Shown piece by piece: positions 49,022 to 64,000 of a stretch of DNA of 64,000 nucleotides; the stretch's first letter is position 1; the number at the start of each line of letters is the position of its first letter. The stretch comes from Macrostomum lignano. Its lineage: Eukaryota. The notes beneath the pieces were generated by a model. It did not search any database, was not told where the DNA came from, and saw only the letters and a list, made by a program, of their open reading frames with translations. Made by a program: the position numbers and the translations under genes. The stretch is from assembly GCA_002269645.1 (NCBI GenBank), contig NIVC01000025.1:248001-312000 (forward strand), written 5' to 3'.

Positions 49022-50412
49022 TTCACTCTTTAAGTCTACATTAATTACTCTCGCCCGCATTGAAGCTCGGATGGAATGATTCACTCTTCAAGTCTGCATT
49101 AATTACTCTCGCCCGCATTGAAGCTCGGATGGAATGATTCACTCTTCAAGTCTACATTAATTACTCTCGCCCGCATTGAAGCTCGGATGGAATGATTCAC
49201 TCTTCAAGTCTGCATTAATTACTCTCGCCCGCATTGAAGCTCGGATGGAATGATTCACTCTTCAAGTCTACATTAATTACTCTCGCCCGCATTGAAGCTC
49301 GGATGGAATGATTCACTCTTCAAGTCTGCATTAATTACTCTCGCCCGCATTGAAGCTCGGATGGAATGATTCACTCTTCAAGTCTACATTAATTACTCTC
49401 GCCCGCATTGAAGCTCGGATGGAATGATTCACTCTTCAAGTCTGCATTAATTACTCTCGCCCGCATTGAAGCTCGGATGGAATGATTCACTCTTCAAGTC
49501 TACATTAATTACTCTCGCCCGCATTGAAGCTCGGATGGAATGATTCACTCTTCAAGTCTGCATTAATTACTCTCGCCCGCATTGAAGCTCGGATGGAATG
49601 ATTCACTCTTCAAGTCTACATTAATTACTCTCGCCCGCATTGAAGCTCGGATGGAATGATTCACTCTTCAAGTCTGCATTAATTACTCTCGCCCGCATTG
49701 AAGCTCGGATGGAATGATTCACTCTTCAAGTCTACATTAATTACTCTCGCCCGCATTGAAGCTCGGATGGAATGATTCACTCTTCAAGTCTACATTAATT
49801 ACTCTCGCCCGCATTGAAGCTCGGATGGAATGATTCACTCTTCAAGTCTGCATTAATTACTCTCGCCCGCATTGAAGCTCGGATGGAATGATTCACTCTT
49901 CAAGTCTACATTAATTACTCTCGCCCGCATTGAAGCTCGGATGGAATGATTCACTCTTCAAGTCTGCATTAATTACTCTCGCCCGCATTGAAGCTCGGAT
50001 GGAATGATTCACTCTTCAAGTCTGCATTAATTACTCTCGCCCGCATTGAAGCTCGGATGGAATGATTCACTCTTCAAGTCTACATTAATTACTCTCGCCC
50101 GCATTGAAGCTCGGATGGAATGATTCACTCTTCAAGTCTACATTAATTACTCTCGCCCGCATTGAAGCTCGGATGGAATGATTCACTCTTCAAGTCTGCA
50201 TTAATTACTCTCGCCCGCATTGAAGCTCGGATGGAATGATTCACTCTTCAAGTCTACATTAATTACTCTCGCCCGCATTGAAGCTCGGATGGAATGATTC
50301 ACTCTTCAAGTCTGCATTAATTATTCTCGCCCGCATTGAAGCTCGGATGGAATGATTCACTCTTCAAGTCTACATTAATTACTCTCGCCCGCATTGAAGC
50401 TCGGATAGAATG
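49022..50412. repeat. Highly homogeneous 58-bp tandem repeat, ~24 copies
   Basis: Period 58; essentially one A/G polymorphic site; no spacers. Confidence 0.97.
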
Positions 50413-50767
50413 AAAGAAATTCATTTCGCAAAAAGGATTTTAAAATAATTAAACCTGCTCCGTATGCCTCGTTTTCATCTGTTCTGGTTCTTATTTAACT
50501 TTTGTTTGCTAATTAATATCCGGGCTATTGATGAGCTAGAATTCGAATAGGCTCTTCAGTTTGAATTGCTCCCCGGCATATACGGACTAGAGGGAACAGG
50601 GGATCTGGAAATCTTTTATGATAGGGAAGATCACTGCCATTCATAACAGATTAAAACATGTTGAACAGGTAAGACTTTGATCAGGTATCTGACAGATATG
50701 GTCATGTATGCGTTGGGAAAGAGATTGCGTGGTATCGAAATCGGTAAACCGAGTATCAAACGGATGG

Positions 50768-51165
50768 CACAGGTATCAAACAGCTAACACAGGTATCAAA
50801 CAGCTAACCCGGGTATTAAACAAGTAACCCAGGTATCAAACAGCTAACCCAGGTATCAAACAGCTAACCCAGGTATCAAACAGCTAACCCAGGTATCAAA
50901 CAGCTAACCCAGGTGTCAAACAGCTAACTCGGGTATCAAACAGATAATCCAGGTATCAAACAGGCAATCCAGGTATCAAACAGGCAATCCAGGTATCAAA
51001 CAGTTAATACAGGTATCAAACAGCTAACACAGGTATCAAACGGGTAATACAGGTATCAAACAGCTAACACAGGTATCAAACAGATAATCCAGGTATCAAA
51101 CAGGCAATCCAGGTATCAAACTGTTAGTTTGGGTATTAAACAGGTGATTCAGGTATCCAAACAGT
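50768..51165. repeat. 20-bp minisatellite (caggtatcaaacagctaacc)
   Basis: Direct reading. Confidence 0.93.
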
Positions 51166-51649
51166 TAGTTATCCATGTATGCTTGAAAAGGTAATCTAAA
51201 AAGCTCAAAATAAAAAAGAAATGTCTGTCTAATACACCTTGGTATATCTAACATAAAAGCAACAAATAAATAAGTAAACAAGAAACACAAACAAAAATCT
51301 AAAGGAAGAACTGGAATTTTTTAATTATTTTATCCCAAAAGCAGTGAAATGTTCTTCAATACGGATTCTACAAAATCGATAAAAGCAAAAAAAGTGAAAT
51401 TGCAAGAAACAAGCCAAACGGGCAGCAGGTACAGACACATTATGAATTAGGTAGCTTTAGTTGCGAACTATATGAAACGCTGTGTCCTTCAGGTTCTTAT
51501 CAGCACTGGCTAATCAGACAGCGAAGATGGGCAAGCATGTGATTGACACCAAAGACTTGAGAGCGTAAATATGGAAATGCCTATCATACTGCATGGCCTG
51601 ATAAGAGTATGAATTCCGGGGTGAAAAGATGGGCGATTCTTAACGCTGT

Positions 51650-52225
51650 TTAGGGGCAAATCTTAAGGCTATTTAGGGCTATTTAGGGGCGAATCTTAAG
51701 GCTTTTTAGGAGTGATTGTTAGTTCTATTTAGGGGCGACTCTTAGGGCTATTTAGAGGCGATTCTTAGGGCTATCTAGAGGCGATTCTTAGGGCTATCTA
51801 GAGGCGATTCTTAGGGCTATCTAGAGGCGATTCTTAGGGCTATTTAGAGGCGATTCTTAGGGCTATCTAGAGGCGATTCTTAGGGCTATTTAGAGGCGAT
51901 TCTTAGGGCTATTTAGAAGCGATTCTTAGGGCTATTTAGAAGCGATTCTTAGCGCTATTGAGAGGCGATTCTTAGGGCTATTTAGAGGCGATTCTTAGCG
52001 CTATTTAGAAGCGATTCTTAGGGCTATTAAGGGGTGATTTTTAGGGCTATGTATGGACAACTCTTAGGGCTATTTATGGGCGATTTTTAAGACTATATTT
52101 AGGAGCGACTCATATGGTTGTTTATAGGCGAATTTTAGGGCTATTTATGGGCGATTCTTAGGGCTTTTTAGGGGCGTTTTTATGTCTATTTAGGGACGAT
52201 TCTAACAGTTATTTAGGGGCAATTC
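51650..52225. repeat. 23-bp minisatellite containing TTAGGG (aggcgattcttagggctatttag)
   Basis: Direct reading; lies just 3' of the DUS1L stop. Confidence 0.92.
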
Positions 52226-52362
52226 TTAACCATGTTTTATAAAGAATCTCGAGAACTATTTAGGATAGGACCACTATTTCGCCCTTGAAGGACAATTCAT
52301 GGTACAGCAGCTTAAGACCAAAACCAGAGACAAATTTAGGCAGAAAGATTCGAAAATACATA

Positions 52363-63367
<11,005 letters not shown>

Positions 63368-63486
63368 CTGGAATTGAAGATAATACACAACGGGATAAAC
63401 TTGCTGAGCAGAGGAACTAGGGATAAATAACTGCTAATGAAACACTAACAGCCTTAACAAAGGGCTTTGATCCTAGAATAGCTAGC

Positions 63487-64000
63487 ACCTGAGGATCTGG
63501 GAAGAGGGCTGACACCTGAGGAGCTGGATTGAGCTGGCAATTGAGGATATGGGAGGAGCTGGCATCTGAGAATCTGTGAGGAGCTGGCATCTGAGGATCT
63601 GGGAGGAGCTGGCACCTGAGGATCTGGAATGAGCTGGCTTCTAAGGATATGGGAAAAGAACCTGGCACCCGAGGATCTGGGAGGAGCTGGCATTTGAGGA
63701 TCTAAGAGGAGCTGGCATTTGAGGATCTGGGAGGACATGGCATCTGGGAGGAGCTGGCATTTGAGGATCTAAGAGGAGCTGGCATTTGAGGATCTAAGAG
63801 GAGCTGGCATTTGAGGATCTGGGAGGACATGGCATCTGAGGATCTGGGAGGAGCTGGCATTTGAGGATCTGGGAGGAGCTGGCATTTGAGGATCTGGGAG
63901 GACATGGCACCTGAGGATCTGGGAAGAGGGCTGGCACCTGAGGATCTGGGAAGACGAGCTGGCATCTGAGGATCTGGAATGAGCTGGTATCTGAGGATCT
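63487..64000. repeat. 25-bp minisatellite related to the 28-bp family, in the upstream DUS1L intron
   Basis: tgaggatctgggaggagctggcatt units share tgaggatctgggagg with the 28-bp family. Confidence 0.93.

Noticed and set aside
49022-50412. CRISPR-like regular repeat
   Set aside because: Units are contiguous with no unique spacers, the context is eukaryotic, and there are no cas genes.

Overview
Eukaryotic (metazoan) genomic DNA in which about one third of the window (~22 kb by my count) is tandem repeat: more than 30 separate mini- and microsatellite arrays. GC-rich exons, minisatellite-packed introns and acceptor-like sites just upstream of start codons resemble a free-living flatworm such as Macrostomum; this is inference, not proven. 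Genes reconstructed by hand with phase-consistent GT-AG splicing: a divergent AGC-like kinase (-, 3 exons); PSMD12/Rpn5 (-, 6 exons, ~449 aa); two convergent paralogous RING-CH (MARCH-like) two-TM genes, one of them frameshifted; DUS1L (-, 4 exons in the window, 5' exon outside); and an intronless NHL-repeat gene nested in a DUS1L intron. Mobile DNA: a decayed piggyBac, three kinds of MITE, and a 3.6 kb Penelope-like (Neptune-type) retroelement inside a (TATC)n microsatellite. That element has a hammerhead ribozyme, an SGNH-like ORF1, a possible -1 slippery site, and an apparently permuted architecture with the GIY-YIG module upstream of the usual RT-EN linker motif. No rRNA, tRNA or CRISPR array was found. 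Most ORFs in the supplied track are repeat artefacts.
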